Source: Haplodiscus bocki (Eukaryota). Taken from it: a stretch of 64,000 nt of DNA. This document shows positions 15,001-30,000 of this stretch, piece after piece. Where the stretch lies: contig OZ296654.1 in NCBI GenBank assembly GCA_965655095.1, positions 48,112,001 to 48,176,000 on the forward strand. Reading direction: 5' to 3'. Both the position numbers and the translations under genes were made by a program. Below the pieces are notes generated by a model. The model was not told the origin of the DNA. It was given only the letters and a program-made list of their open reading frames with translations, and did no database searches. Numbering within the stretch: the first letter of the stretch is position 1; each line of letters starts with the position of its first letter.

Positions 15001-18000
15001 CGTGCCAAATGTGCCAAATATGGCAAAAGTGCTAAACTTGCCGAAAAGTTCGCAAGTGCCAAAGACGGCAATTGTTCCATTAGAACCACAAGTGACAAAA
15101 GTTCCAAAAGTGCCAACATTGCCAAAAAAGCCACTAGCATCAAAAGTCCCAAAAGTGACAAAAGGGCCAAAGGTTCCAAAGTTGTCAAAAGTGGCAAAAG
15201 TTCGAAAAATGTCAAAATTGCCAAAATTGGCTAAAATGCCTGCAGTGCCAAATGCGCAAAAAGGGCCTAAAAATCAAAATTGCCAAAAGTGACAAAAATG
15301 CCAATAGTGCCAAAAGTGTCGAAAGTGGAAAAACTGTCGAAATTGCCAAAAGTGCCGAAAATGCCAATAGTGCCAAAAGTGTCGAAAGTGGCAAAATTGT
15401 TGAAATTGCAAAAATTCCCAAAAGTTTCAAAAGTGCCGGAATTGTTAATATTGAAGAAAGGCGCCAATAGAGCCAAATTAGCTAAAGTGCCACAAATCCA
15501 AAAGTGCTAAATTTGTCAACAATGCCAAATGTTGGTCAAAAATGTCAGTTTTGCCAAAATGCCAAACAATCCAAAATTGTCAAGAGTGCCAAAATTGTCA
15601 AAAGTGCCAAATGTGACAAAATTGCCAATAGTGCCAAAAATCTCGAAAGTGGCAAAATTGTCGAAATTGCCAAAAGTGCCAAAAATGTCAAAAGTGCCAA
15701 AAATGCCAATAGTATCAATAGTCCTAATAGTGTCAAAAGTGCCAAAGCTTCCAAAAGTTCTACAGTTGTCAAATGTACAAATACAGCCAAATTTGGCTGA
15801 AGTGCCACAAGGCCTAGGGTGCTAAATTTGTCAACAATGCCAAATGTTTGTCAAAATTACAAATGTGCCAAAATGTCAAACGTTCCTAAAGTGTCAAGTG
15901 TGCCAAAATTTCAAAAGTGCCAAAAGGGTTGATATAGCCGCAACTTCGAAAAGTACCAAAAAAGCCAATATAGCCAATTGTGCCATTAGTGCAAAAAGCG
16001 CCATTAAAGTCGAAAGTGCCGAACCTGCCAAAAGAGCCAAAAGTACCAAATGCGCCAAAACTGACCAAAATGTCAAAAGTGCCGAAAATTTGAAAACTGC
16101 CAACTGTGTCAAATTTGCCGAAAGTGCCAAAAGTGCTAATAGTGAAGAAAAGTGCCAATAGTGCCGAAAATGTCAAAAGTGCTAGTAGTGCCAAAAGTGC
16201 CAAAATGTCCAAAGTGCCAAATGTGCCAAATATGGTAAAAGTGCTAAACTTGCCGAAAATTCCGCAAGCGCCAAAGAAGGCAATTGTTCCGAAAAGTACC
16301 ACAAGTGACAAAAGTTCCAAAAGTGCCAACATTGCCAAAAAAGCCATTAGCATCAAAAGCCCCAATATTGACAAAAGTGCCAAAAAGGTTCCGAATGTTC
16401 CAAAGTTGTCAAAAGTGGCAAAAGTGCGAAAAATGTCAAAATTGCCAAAATTGGCCAAATTGCCTGCAGTGCCAAATGTGCAAAAAGTGCGATAATGTCA
16501 AAAGCGCCAAAAGGGCCAAAAGTGCCGATTGTGCCAAAAAAGTCGAAAGTGGCAAAATTGTCGAAATTGCCAAAAGTGCCAAAAATGCCAATAGTGCCAA
16601 AAGTGTCGAAAGTGGCAAAATTGTTGAAATTGCAAAAATTCCCAAAAGTTTCAAATGTGCCGGAATTGTTAATATTGAAGAAAGGCGCCAGTAGAGCCAA
16701 ATTAGCTAAAGTGCCACAAGTCCAAAAGTGCTAAAATTGTCAACAATGCCAAATGTTGGTCAAAAATGTCAGTTTTGCCAAAATGCCACACAATCCAAAA
16801 TTGTCAAGAGTGCCAAAATTGTCAAAAGTGCCAAATGTGACAAATATGCCAATAGTGCCAAAAATGTCGAAAGTGGCAAAATTGTCGAAATTGCCAAAAG
16901 TGCCAAAAATGTCAAAAGTGCCAAAAATGTCAAAAGTGCCAAAAATGCCAATAGTATCAATAGTCCTAATAGTGTCAAAAGTGCCAAAACTGCCAAAAGA
17001 GCCAAAATATCCAAAGTTCAAAATGCGCCAAAACTGACCAAAATGTCAAAAGTGCCGAAACTTTGAAAACTGCCAACTGTGTCAAATTTGCCGAAAGTGC
17101 CAAAAATGCTAATAGTGAAGAAAAGTGCCAATAGTGCCGAAGGTGTCAAAAGTGCCAGTAGAGCCAAAAGTGCCAAAATGTCCAACGTGCCAAATGTGCC
17201 AAATATGGCAAAAGTGCTAAACTTGCCGAAAAGTTCGCAAGTGCCAAAGACGGCAATTGTTCCATTAGAACCACAAGTGACAAAAGTTCCAAAAGTGCCA
17301 ACATTGCCAAAAAAGCCACTAGCATCAAAAGTCCCAAAAGTGACAAAAGGGCCAAAGGTTCCAAAGTTGTCAAAAGTGGCAAAAGTTCCAAAAATGTCAA
17401 AATTGCCAAAATTGGCTAAAATGCCTGCAGTGCCAAATGCGCAAAAAGGGCCTAAAAATCAAAATTGCCAAAAGTGACAAAAATGCCAACAGTGCCAAAA
17501 GTGTCGAAAGTGGAAAAACTGTCGAATTGCAAAAAGTGCCAAAAGTGTCAAAAGTGCCGAAAATGCTAATAGTGACGAAAAGCGCCATTGGTGCCAAAAT
17601 TGCCAAAACCGCCAATAGAACCAAAATTGCCCAAAGTGACACAATCGCGAAATTGCTAAAGTTGTCAAAAAGGCCAAATGTGTGCCAAAAATGATAAATG
17701 TGCCAAAAATGCCAATAGTGCCAAAAGTGCCAAAAATGCCAAAATTGCCAAGAGTGCCACAAATGTCGAAAGTGGCAAAGTTGTCGAAATTGCCAAAAGT
17801 GCCAAAAATGTCAAAAGTGCCAAATGTGACAAATATGCCAATAGTGCCAAAAATCTCGAAAGTGGCAAAATTGTCGAAATTGCCAAAAGTGCCAAAAATG
17901 TCAAAAGTGCCAAAAATGCCAATAGTATCAATAGTCCTAATAGTGTCAAAAGTGCCAAAGCTTCCAAAAGTTCTACAGTTGTCAAATGTACAAATACAGC

Positions 18001-21000
18001 CAAATTTGGCTGAAGTGCCACAAGGCCTAGGGTGCTAAATTTGTCAACAATGCCAAATGTTTGTCAAAATTACAAATGTGCCAAAATGTCAAACGTTCCT
18101 AAAGTGTCAAGTGTGCCAAAATTTCAAAAGTGCCAAAAGGGTCGATATAGCCGCAACTTCGAAAAGTACCAAAAAAGCCAATATAGCCAATTGTGCCATT
18201 AGTGCAAAAAGCGCCATTAAAGTCGAAAGTGCCGAACCTGCCAAAAGAGCCAAAAGTACCAAATGCGCCAAAACTGACCAAAATGTCAAAAGTGCCGAAA
18301 ATTTGAAAACTGCCAACTGTGTCAAATTTGCCGAAAGTGCCAAAAGTGCTAATAGTGAAGAAAAGTGCCAATAGTGCCGAAAATGTCAAAAGTGCTAGTA
18401 GTGCCAAAAGTGCCAAAATGTCCAAAGTGCCAAATGTGCCAAATATGGTAAAAGTGCTAAACTTGCCGAAAAGTTCGCAAGTGCCAAAGACGGCAATTGT
18501 TCCATTAGAACCACAAGTGACAAAAGTTCCAAAAGTGCCAACATTGCCAAAAAAGCCACTAGCATCAAAAGTCCCAAAAGTGACAAAAGGGCCAAAGGTT
18601 CCAAAGTTGTCAAAAGTGGCAAAAGTTCGAAAAATGTCAAAATTGCCAAAATTGGCTAAAATGCCTGCAGTGCCAAATGCGCAAAAAGGGCCTAAAAATC
18701 AAAATTGCCAAAAGTGACAAAAATGCCAATAGTGCCAAAAGTGTCGAAAGTGGAAAAACTGTCGAATTGCAAAAAGTGCCAAAAGTGTCAAAAGTGCCGA
18801 AAATGCTAATAGTGACGAAAAGCGCCATTGGTGCCAAAATTGCCAAAACCGCCAATAGAACCAAAATTGCCCAAAGTGACACAATCGCGAAATTGCTAAA
18901 GTTGTCAAAAAGGCCAAATGTGTGCCAAAAATGATAAATGTGCCAAAAATGCCAATAGTGCCAAAAGTGCCAAAAATGCCAAAATTGCCAAGAGTGCCAC
19001 AAATGTCGAAAGTGGCAAAGTTGTCGAAATTGCCAAAAGTGCCAAAAATGTCAAAAGTGCCAAATGTGACAAATATGCCAATAGTGCCAAAAATCTCGAA
19101 AGTGGCAAAATTGTCGAAATTGCCAAAAGTGCCAAAAATGTCAAAAGTGCCAAAAATGCCAATAGTATCAATAGTCCTAATAGTGTCAAAAGTGCCAAAG
19201 CTTCCAAAAGTTCTACAGTTGTCAAATGTACAAATACAGCCAAATTTGGCTGAAGTGCCACAAGGCCTAGGGTGCTAAATTTGTCAACAATGCCAAATGT
19301 TTGTCAAAATTACAAATGTGCCAAAATGTCAAACGTTCCTAAAGTGTCAAGTGTGCCAAAATTTCAAAAGTGCCAAAAGGGTCGATATAGCCGCAACTTC
19401 GAAAAGTACCAAAAAAGCCAATATAGCCAATTGTGCCATTAGTGCAAAAAGCGCCATTAAAGTCGAAAGTGCCGAACCTGCCAAAAGAGCCAAAAGTACC
19501 AAATGCGCCAAAACTGACCAAAATGTCAAAAGTGCCGAAAATTTGAAAACTGCCAACTGTGTCAAATTTGCCGAAAGTGCCAAAAGTGCTAATAGTGAAG
19601 AAAAGTGCCAATAGTGCCGAAAATGTCAAAAGTGCTAGTAGTGCCAAAAGTGCCAAAATGTCCAAAGTGCCAAATGTGCCAAATATGGTAAAAGTGCTAA
19701 ACTTGCCGAAAATTCCGCAAGCGCCAAAGAAGGCAATTGTTCCGAAAAGTACCACAAGTGACAAAAGTTCCAAAAGTGCCAACATTGCCAAAAAAGCCAA
19801 TAGCATCAAAAGCCCCAATATTGACAAAAGTGCCAAAAAGGTTCCGAATGTTCCAAAGTTGTCAAAAGTGGCAAAAGTGCGAAAAATGTCAAAATTGCCA
19901 AAATTGGCCAAATTGCCTGCAGTGCCAAATGTGCAAAAAGTGCGATAATGTCAAAAGCGCCAAAAGGGCCAAAAGTGCCGATTGTGCCAAAAAAGTCGAA
20001 AGTGGCAAAATTGTCGAAATTGCCAAAAGTGCCAAAAATGCCAATAGTGCCAAAAGTGTCGAAAGTGGCAAAATTGTTGAAATTGCAAAAATTCCCAAAA
20101 GTTTCAAATGTGCCGGAATTGTTAATATTGAAGAAAGGCGCCAGTAGAGCCAAATTAGCTAAAGTGCCACAAGTCCAAAAGTGCTAAAATTGTCAACAAT
20201 GCCAAATGTTGGTCAAAAATGTCAGTTTTGCCAAAATGCCACACAATCCAAAATTGTCAAGAGTGCCAAAATTGTCAAAAGTGCCAAATGTGACAAATAT
20301 GCCAATAGTGCCAAAAATGTCGAAAGTGGCAAAATTGTCGAAATTGCCAAAAGTGCCAAAAATGTCAAAAGTGCCAAAAATGTCAAAAGTGCCAAAAATG
20401 CCAATAGTATCAATAGTCCTAATAGTGTCAAAAGTGCCAAAACTGCCAAAAGAGCCAAAATATCCAAAGTTCAAAATGCGCCAAAACTGACCAAAATGTC
20501 AAAAGTGCCGAAACTTTGAAAACTGCCAACTGTGTCAAATTTGCCGAAAGTGCCAAAAATGCTAATAGTGAAGAAAAGTGCCAATAGTGCCGAAGGTGTC
20601 AAAAGTGCCAGTAGAGCCAAAAGTGCCAAAATGTCCAACGTGCCAAATGTGCCAAATATGGCAAAAGTGCTAAACTTGCCGAAAAGTTCGCAAGTGCCAA
20701 AGACGGCAATTGTTCCATTAGAACCACAAGTGACAAAAGTTCCAAAAGTGCCAACATTGCCAAAAAAGCCACTAGCATCAAAAGTCCCAAAAGTGACAAA
20801 AGGGCCAAAGGTTCCAAAGTTGTCAAAAGTGGCAAAAGTTCGAAAAATGTCAAAATTGCCAAAATTGGCTAAAATGCCAGCAGTGCCAAATGCGCAAAAA
20901 GGGCCTAAAAATCAAAATTGCCAAAAGTGACAAAAATGCCGATAGTGCCAAAAGTGTCGAAAGTGGAAAAACTGTCGAATTGCAAAAAGTGCCAAAAGTG

Positions 21001-24000
21001 TCAAAAGTGCCGAAAATGCTAATAGTGACGAAAAGCGCCATTGGTGCCAAAATTGCCAAAACCGCCAATAGAACCAAAATTGCCCAAAGTGACACAATCG
21101 CGAAATTGCTAAAGTTGTCAAAAAGGCCAAATGTGTGCCAAAAATGATAAATGTGCCAAAAATGCCAATAGTGCCAAAAGTGCCAAAAATGCCAAAATTG
21201 CCAAGAGTGCCACAAATGTCGAAAGTGGCAAACTTGTCGAAAGTGGCAAAATTGTTGAAATTGCAAAAAGTGCCAAAAGTGTCAAAAGTGCCGGAAATGC
21301 TAAAACTGAAGAAAAGCGCCAATAGAGTCAAAATTGGCTAAAGTGTCACAAGGCCGAAATTGCTAAATTTGTCAACAATGCCAAATGTTTCTCAAAGTGT
21401 CAAATGTGCCAAAATGCCAAACGTTCCAAAAGTGTCAAGTGTGCCAAAATTGTCAAAGTTGCCGAAAAGGTCGAAATAGCCGGGAGTTCGAAAAGTGCCA
21501 GAAGTTCCAAAAGAGATAAAATGCCGAAAGTTCCAAAACTGCCAAAAGTGGCAATAGTGCCAAAAGTGCCAATATAGCCAATTGTGCCAATAGTGCCAAA
21601 AGCGCCATTAAAGTCAAAAGTGCCAAAACTGCCAAAAGCGTCAAAAGTGCCAAAATGTCCAAAGTGCCGAATGCGCCAAAACTTCCAAAAACGTCAGAAG
21701 TGCCGAAAATTTGAAAAGTGCCAACAGTGCCAAAACTGCCAAAAGAGCCAAAATATCCAAAGTTCAAAATGCGCCAAAACTGACCAAAATGTCAAAAGTG
21801 CCGAAACTTTGAAAACTGCCAACTGTGTCAAATTTGCCGAAAGTGCCAAAAATGCTAATAGTGAAGAAAAGTGCCAATAGTGCCGAAGGTGTCAAAAGTG
21901 CCAGTAGAGCCAAAAGTGCCAATATGTCCAACGTGCCAAATGTGCCAAATATGGCAAAAGTGCTAAACTTGCCGAAAAGTTCGCAAGTGCCAAAGACGGC
22001 AATTGTTCCATTAGAACCACAGGTGACAAAAGTTCCAAAAGTGCCAACATTGCCAAAAAAGCCACTAGCATCAAAAGTCCCAAAAGTGACAAAAGGGCCA
22101 AAGGTTCCAAAGTTGTCAAAAGTGGCAAAAGTTCGAAAAATGTCAAAATTGCCGAAATTCGCTAAAATGCCTGCAGTGCCAAATGCGCAAAAAGGGCCTA
22201 AAAATCAAAATTGCCAAAAGTGACAAAAATGCCAATAGTGCCAAAAGTGTCGAAAGTGGAAAAACTGTCGAATTGCAAAAAGTGCCAAAAGTGTCAAAAG
22301 TGCCGAAAATGCTAATAGTGACGAAAAGCGCCATTGGTGCCAAAATTGCCAAAACCGCCAATAGAACCAAAATTGCCTAAAGTGACACAATCGCGAAAGT
22401 GCTAAAGTTGTCAAAAAGGCCAAATATGTGCCAAAAATGATAAATGTGCCAAAAATGCCAATAGTGCCAAAAGTGCCAAAAATGCCAAAATTGCCAAGAG
22501 TGCCAAAAATGTCGAAAGTGGCAAACTTGTCGAAAGTGGCAAAATTGTTGAAATTGCAAAAAGTGCCAAAAGTGTCAAAAGTGCCGGAAATGCTAAAATT
22601 GAAGAAAAGCGCCAATAGAGTCAAAATTGGCTAAAGTGCCACAAGGCCGAAATTGCTAAATTTGTCAACAATGCCAAATGTTTGTCAAGGTGTCAAATGT
22701 GCCAAAATGCCAATTGTTCCAAAAGTGTCAAGTGTGCCAACATTGTCAAAGTTGCCGAAAAGGTCGAAATAGCCGGGAGTTCGAAAAGTGCCAGAAGTTC
22801 CAAAAGAGCTAAAATGCCGAAAGTTCCAAAACTGCCAAAAGTGGCAATAGTGCCAAAAGTGCCAATATAGCCAATTGTGCCAATAGTGCCAAAAGCGCCA
22901 TTAACTTCAAAAGTGCCAAAACTGCCAAAAGAGCCAAAAATGCCACAATGTCCAAAGTGCCAAATGCGCAAAAACGGCCAAAAACGTCAAAAGTGCCGAA
23001 AATTTGAAAAGTGCCAACAGTGTCAAATTTGCCGAAAACCAAAAATGCTATTAGTGAAGAAAAGTGCCAATAGAGCCGAAGGTGTCAAAAGTGCCAGTAG
23101 AGTCAAAAGTGCCAATATCTCAAAAGTGCCAAACGTGCCAAATATGGCAAAAGTGCTAAACTTGCCGGAAATTTCGAAAGCGCCAAATTTGCCAATAAGG
23201 ACGAAAGTGCCAAAAGCGCCAAAGACGTCAATTGTTCCAATAGTACCTCAAGTGACAAAAGTTGCAAAAGTGCCAACCTTGCCAAAAAAGTCAATAACAT
23301 CAAAAGTCCCAATAGTGACAAAAGTGCCAAAGGTTCCGAAAGTTCCAAAGTTGTCAAAAGTGGCAAAAGTGCGAAAAACTCAGAATTGCCAAAATTGGCC
23401 AAAATGCCTGCAGTACCAAATGAGCAAAAAGGGCCAAAATGTAAAAAGTAACAAAAGTGCCAAAATTGCCAATAGTGCCAAAAATGTCGAAAAGTGGCAA
23501 AATTGTCGATATTGCAAAAAGTGCCAAAAACTTCAAAAGTGCCAAAATTGCCAATAGTATCAAAGGTCCCAATAGTGCCAAAATTGTCAAATTTGCCGAA
23601 AAGGTCGAAATAGCCGGGAGTTCGAAAAGTGCCAGAAGTTCCAAAAGAGCTAAAATGCCGAAAGTTCCAAAACTGCCAAAAGTGGCAATAGTGCCAAAAG
23701 TGCCAATATAGCCAATTGTGCCAATAGTGCCAAAAGCGCCATTAACTTCAAAAGTGCCAAAACTGCCAAAAGAGCCAAAAATGCCACAATGTCCAAAGTG
23801 CCATTTGCGCAAAAACTGCCAAAAATGTCAAAAGTGCCGAAACTTTGAAAACTGCCAACTGTGTCAAATTTGCCGAAAGTGCCAAAAATGCTAATAGTGA
23901 AGAAAAGTGCCAATAGTGCCGAAGGTGTCAAAAAGTGCCAGTAGAGCCAAGAGTGCCAAAATGTCCAACGTGCCAAATGTGCCAAATATGGCAAAAGTGC

Positions 24001-27000
24001 TAAACTTGCCGAAAAGTTCGCAAGTGCCGAAGACGGCAATTGTTCCATTAGAACCACAAGTGACAAAAGTTCCAAAAGTGCCAACATTGCCAAAAAAGCC
24101 ACTAGCATCAAAAGTCCCAAAAGTGACAAAAGGGCCAAAGGTTCCAAAGTTGTCAAAAGTGGCAAAAGTTCGAAAAATGTCTAAATTGCCGAAATTGGCT
24201 GAAATGCCTGCAGTGCCAAATGCGCAAAAAGGGCCTAAAAATCAAAATTGCCAAAAGTGACAAAAATGCCAATAGTGCCAAAAGTGTCGAAAGTGGAAAA
24301 ACTGTCGAATTGCAAAAAGTGCCAAAAGTGTCGAAAGTGCCGAAAATGCTAATAGTGACGAAAAGCGCCATTGGTGCCATAATTGCCAAAACCGCCAATA
24401 GAACCAAAATTGCCTAAAGTGACACAATCGCGAAAGTGCTAAAGTTGTCAAAAAGGCCAAATGTGTGCCAAAAATGATAAATGTGCCAAAAATGCCAATA
24501 GTGCCAAAAGTGCCAAAAATGCCAAAATTGCCAAGAGTGCCAAAAATGTCGAAAGTGGCAAACTTGTCGAAAGTGGCAAAATTGTTGAAATTGCAAAAAG
24601 TGCCAAAAGTGTCAAAAGTGCCGGAAAAGCTAAAATTGAAGAAAAGCGCCAATAGAGTCAAAATTGGCTAAAGTGCCACAAGGCCGAAATTGCTAAATTT
24701 TTCAACAATGCCAAATGTTTGTCAAAGTGTCAAATGTGCCAAAATGCCAAACGTTCCAAAAGTGTCAAGTGTGCCAACATTGTCAAAGTTGCGGAAAAGG
24801 TCGAAATAGCCGGGGGTTCGAAAAGTGCCAAAAGTTCCAAAAGAGCTAAAATGCCGAAAGTTCCAAAACTGCCAAAAGTGGCAATAGTGCCAAAAGTGCC
24901 AATATAGCCAATTGTGCCAATAGTGCCAAAAGCGCCATTAACTTCAAAAGTGCCAAAACTGCCAAAAGAGCCAAAAATGCCACAATGTCCAAAGTGCCAA
25001 ATGCGCAAAAACTGCCAAAAACGTCAAAAGTGCCGAAAATTTGAAAAGTGCCAACAGTGTCAAATTTGCCGAAAGTGCCAAAAATGCTAATAGTGAAGAA
25101 AAGTGCCAATAGTGCCGAAGGTGTCAAAAGTGCCAGTAGAGTCAAAAGTGCCAAAATCTCAAAAGTGCCAAACGTGCCAAATATGGCAAAAGTGCTAAAC
25201 TTGCCGGAAATTTCGAAAGCGCCAAATTTGCCAATAAGGACGAAAGTGCCAAAAGCGCCAAAGACGTCAATTGTTCCAATAGTACCTCAAGTGACAAAAG
25301 TTGCAAAAGTGCCAACCTTGCCAAAAAAGTCAATAACATCAAAAGTCCCAATGGTGACAAAAGTGCCAAAGGTTCCGAAAGTTCCAAAGTTGTCAAAAGT
25401 GGCAAAAGTGCGAAAAACTCAGAATTGCCAAAATTGGCCAAAATGCCTGCAGTACCAAATGAGCAAAAAGGGCCAAAATGTAAAAAGTAACAAAAGTGCC
25501 AAAATTGCCAATAGTGCCAAAAATGTCGAAAAGTGGCAAAATTGTCGATATTGCAAAAAGTGCCAAAAACTTCAAAAGTGCCAAAATTGCCAATAGTATC
25601 AAAGGTCCCAATAGTGCCAAAATTGCCAAATTTGCCGAAAAGGTCGAAATAGCCGGGAGTTCGAAAAGTGCCAGAAGTTCCAAAAGAGCTAAAATGCCGA
25701 AAGTTCCAAAACTGCCAAAAGTGGCAATAGTGCCAAAAGTGCCAATATAGCCAATTGTGCCAATAGTGCCAAAAGCGCCATTAACTTCAAAAAAGCCAAA
25801 ACTGCCAAAAGAGCCAAAAATGCCACAATGTCCAAAGTGCCATTTGCGCAAAAACTGCCAAAAATGTCAAAAGTGCCGAAACTTTGAAAACTGCCAACTG
25901 TGTCAAATTTGCCGAAAGTGCCAAAAATGCTAATAGTGAAGAAAAGTGCCAATAGTGCCGAAGGTGTCAAAAAGTGCCAGTAGAGCCAAGAGTGCCAAAA
26001 TGTCCAACGTGCCAAATGTGCCAAATATGGCAAAAGTGCTAAACTTGCCGAAAAGTTCGCAAGTGCCGAAGACGGCAATTGTTCCATTAGAACCACAAGT
26101 GACAAAAGTTCCAAAAGTGCCAACATTGCCAAAAAAGCCACTAGCATCAAAAGTCCCAAAAGTGACAAAAGGGCCAAAGGTTCCAAAGTTGTCAAAAGTG
26201 GCAAAAGTTCGAAAAATGTCAAAATTGCCAAAAGTGACAAAAATGCCAATAGTGCCAAAAGTGTCGAAAGTGGAAAAACTGTCGAATTGCAAAAAGTGCC
26301 AAAAGTGTCAAAAGTGCCGAAAATGCTAATAGTGACGAAAAGCGCCATTGGTGCCAAAATTGCCAAAACCGCCAATAGAACCAAAATTGCCTAAAGTGAC
26401 ACAATCGCGAAAGTGCTAAAGTTGTCAAAAAGGCCAAATGTGTGCCAAAAATGATAAATGTGCCAAAAATGCCAATAGTGCCAAAAGTGCCAAAAATGCC
26501 AAAATTGCCAAGAGTGCCAAAAATGTCGAAAGTGGCAAACTTGTCGAAAGTGGCAAAATTGTTGAAATTGCAAAAAGTGCCAAAAGTGTCAAAAGTGCCG
26601 GAAATGCTAAAATTGAAGAAAAGCGCCAATATAGTCAAAATTGGCTAAAGTGCCACAAGGCCGAAATTGCTAAAATTGTCAACAATGCCAAATGTTTGTC
26701 AAAGTGTCAAATGTGCCAAAATGCCAAACGTTCCAAAAGTGCCAAGTGTGCCAACATTGTCAAAGTTGCCGAAAAGGTCGAAATAGCCGGGAGTTCGAAA
26801 AGTGCCAGAAGTTCCAAAAGAGCTAAAATGCCGAAAGTTCCAAAACTGCCAAAAGTGGCAATAGTGCCAAAAGTGCCAATATAGCCAATTGTGCCAATAG
26901 TGCCAAAAGCGCCATTAACTTCAAAAGAGCCAAAACTGCCAAAAGAGCCAAAAATGCCACAATGTCCAAAGTGCCAAATGCGCAAAAACTGCCAAAAACG

Positions 27001-30000
27001 TCAAAAGTGCCGAAAATTTGAAAAGTGCCAACAGTGTCAAATTTGCCGAAAGTGCCAAAAATGCTAATAGTGAAGAAAAGTGCCAATAGTGCCGAAGGTG
27101 TCAAAAGTGCCAGTAGAGCCAAAAGTGCCAAAATCTCAAAAGTGCCAAACGTGCCGAATATGGCAAAAGTGCTAAACTTGCCGGAAATTTCGAAAGCGCC
27201 AAACTTGCCAATAAGGACGAAAGTGCCAAAAGCGCCAAAGACGGCAATTGTTCCAATAGTACCACAAGTGACAAAATTTCCAAAAGTGCCAACATTGCCA
27301 AAAAAGCCAATAGCATCAAAGGTCCCAATAGTGACAAAATTGCCAAAGTTTCCGAAAGTTCCAAAGTTGTCAAAAGTGGCAAAAGTGCGAAAAAGTCAGA
27401 ATTGCCAAAATTGGCCACAATGCCTGCAGTACCAAATGAGCAAAAAGGGCCAAAATGTAAAAAGTAACAAAAGTGCCAAAATTGCCAATAGTGCCAAAAA
27501 TGTCGAAAAGTGGCAAAATTGTCGATATTGCAAAAAGTGCCAAAATTTTCAAAAGTGCCAAAATTGCCAATAGTATCAAAAGTCCCAATAGTGCCAAAAG
27601 TGCCGAAGTTTTCGGATGTTCTATAGTTGTCAAAAGTGCCAGTAGAGCCAAATTTGGCTAACGTGCCACAATGCCGAAAGTGGTAAATTTGTCAACAATG
27701 CCAAATGTTTGTCAAAAAATACAACTGTGCCAAAATGCCAAACGTTTCTAAAGTGTCAAAAGTGCCAAAAGTGTCAAAAGTGCCAAAAAGTTCGAAATAG
27801 CCGGGAGTTCGAAAAGTGCCAGAAGTTCCAAAAGTGCTAAAATGCCGAAAATTCCAAAACTGCCAAAAGTGGCAATAGTGCCAAAAGTGCCAATATAGCC
27901 AATTGTGCCAAAAGTGCCAAAAGCGCCATTAACTTCAAAAGTGCCAAAACTGCCAAAAGAGCCAAAATTGCCAAAATGTCCAAAGTGCCAAATGTGTGAA
28001 ATATGGCAAAAGTGCTAAACTTGCCGAAAATTCCGAAAGTGCCAGATTTGCCGATAAAGACAAATTGCCAAAAGCGCCAAAGACGGAAATTGTTCCAATA
28101 GTACCTCAAGTGACAAAAGTTGCAAAAGTGCCAACCTTGCCAAAAAAGTCAATAACATCAGAAGTCCCAATAGTGACAAAAGTGCCAAGCGTTCCGAAAG
28201 TTCCAAAAATGTCAAAAGTGACAAAAGTGCGGAAAATGTCAAATTGCCAAAATTGGCTAAAATGCCTGCAGTGCCAAATGCGCAAAAAGAACCAAAATGC
28301 CAAAAGCGCCAAAAGTGCCAAAATGGCCATTAGTGCCAAAAGTGTCGAAAGTGGCAAAATTATTGAAATTTCAAAAAGTTCCAAAACTGCCAAAAGTGGC
28401 AATAGTGACAAAATGCCAATATAGCCAATTGTGCCAATAGTGCCAAAACCGCCAATAACGTCAAAAGTGCCAAAACTTCCAAAACAACCAAAAATGCCAC
28501 AATGTCCAAAGTGTCAAATGCGCAAAAACTGCCAAAAACGTCAAAAGTGCCAAAAATTTGAAAAGTGCCAACAGTGTCAAATTTGCCGAAAGTGCCAAAA
28601 ATGCTAATAGTGAAGAAAAGTGCCAATAGTGCCGAAGGTGTCAAAAGTGCCAGTAGAGCCAAAAGTGCCAAAATCTCAAAAGTGCCAAACGTGCCAAAAA
28701 TGGCAAAAGTGCTAAACTTGCCGGAAATTTCGAAAGTGCCAAATTTGCTGATAAAGACCAAAGTGCCAAAAGCGCCAAAGACGACAATTGTTCCAATAGT
28801 ACCTCAAGTGACAAAAGTTTCAAAAGTGCCAACCTTGCCAAAAAAGTCAATAACATCAGAAGTCCCAATAGTGACAAAAGTGCCGAACGTTCCGAAAGTT
28901 CCAAAAACTTCAAAAGTGACAAAAAGTGCGGAAAATGTCAAGTTGCCAAAATTGGCTAAAATGTCTGCAGTGCCAAATGCGCAAAAAGAACCAAAATGCC
29001 AAAAGCGCCAAAAGTGCCAAAATGGCCATTAATGCCAAAAGTGTCGAAAGTGGCAAAATTGTTGAAATTGCAAAAAGTGCCAAAACTGCCAAAATTGGCA
29101 ATAGTGCCAAAGTGCCAATATAGCCAATTGTGCCAATAGTGCCAAAACCGCCAATAACGTCAAAAGTGCCAAAACTTCCAAAAGAACCGAAAACGCCACA
29201 ATGTCCAAAGTGCCAAATGCGCAAAAACTGCCAAAAACGTCAAAAGTGCCGAAAATTTGAAAAGTGCCAACAGTGTCAAATTTGCTGAAAGTGCCAAAAA
29301 TGCTAATAGTGAAGAAAAGTGCCAATAGCGCCGAAAGTGTCAAAAGTGCCAGTAGAGCCAAAAGTGCCAAAATCTCAAAAGTGCCAAACGTGCCAAATAT
29401 GGCAAAAGTGCTAAACTTGCCGAAAATTCCGAAAATGCCAAATTTGCCGACAAAGACAAATTGCCAAAGGCGCCAGAGGCGGAAATTATTCCAATAGTAC
29501 CTCAAGTGACTAAAGTTGCAAAAGTGCCAACTTTGCCAAAAAAGTCAATAACATCAGAAGTCCCAATAGTGACAAAAGTGCCAAACGTTCCGAATGTTCC
29601 AAATCGTCAGAAGTGACAAAAGTGCGAAAAATGTCAAATTGCCAAAATTGGCTAAAATGCCTGCAGTACCAAATGCGCAAAAAGTGCCAAATTGTCAAAA
29701 GCGCCAAAAGTGCCAAAATGGCCTTAATGCCAAAAATGTCGAAAGTGGGAAAGTTGTCGAAATGGCCAAAGGTGTCAAATATGTCAAAAGTGCCAAAAAT
29801 GCCAATAGTATCAAAAATCCTAATAGTGCCGAAAGTGCCCAGGGTTCCGAAGTTCAAAAATTGGCAAAAGAGCCAAAAGTGCGAAATTGTCAAAATTGCC
29901 AAAAATGGCTAAAATGCCTGCAGTGGTAAATTTGAAAAAAAACGGCCAAAATGACAAAAGTGCCAAAAGTGCCAAAAAGGTCAGAAAAGTTGAATTTTTC

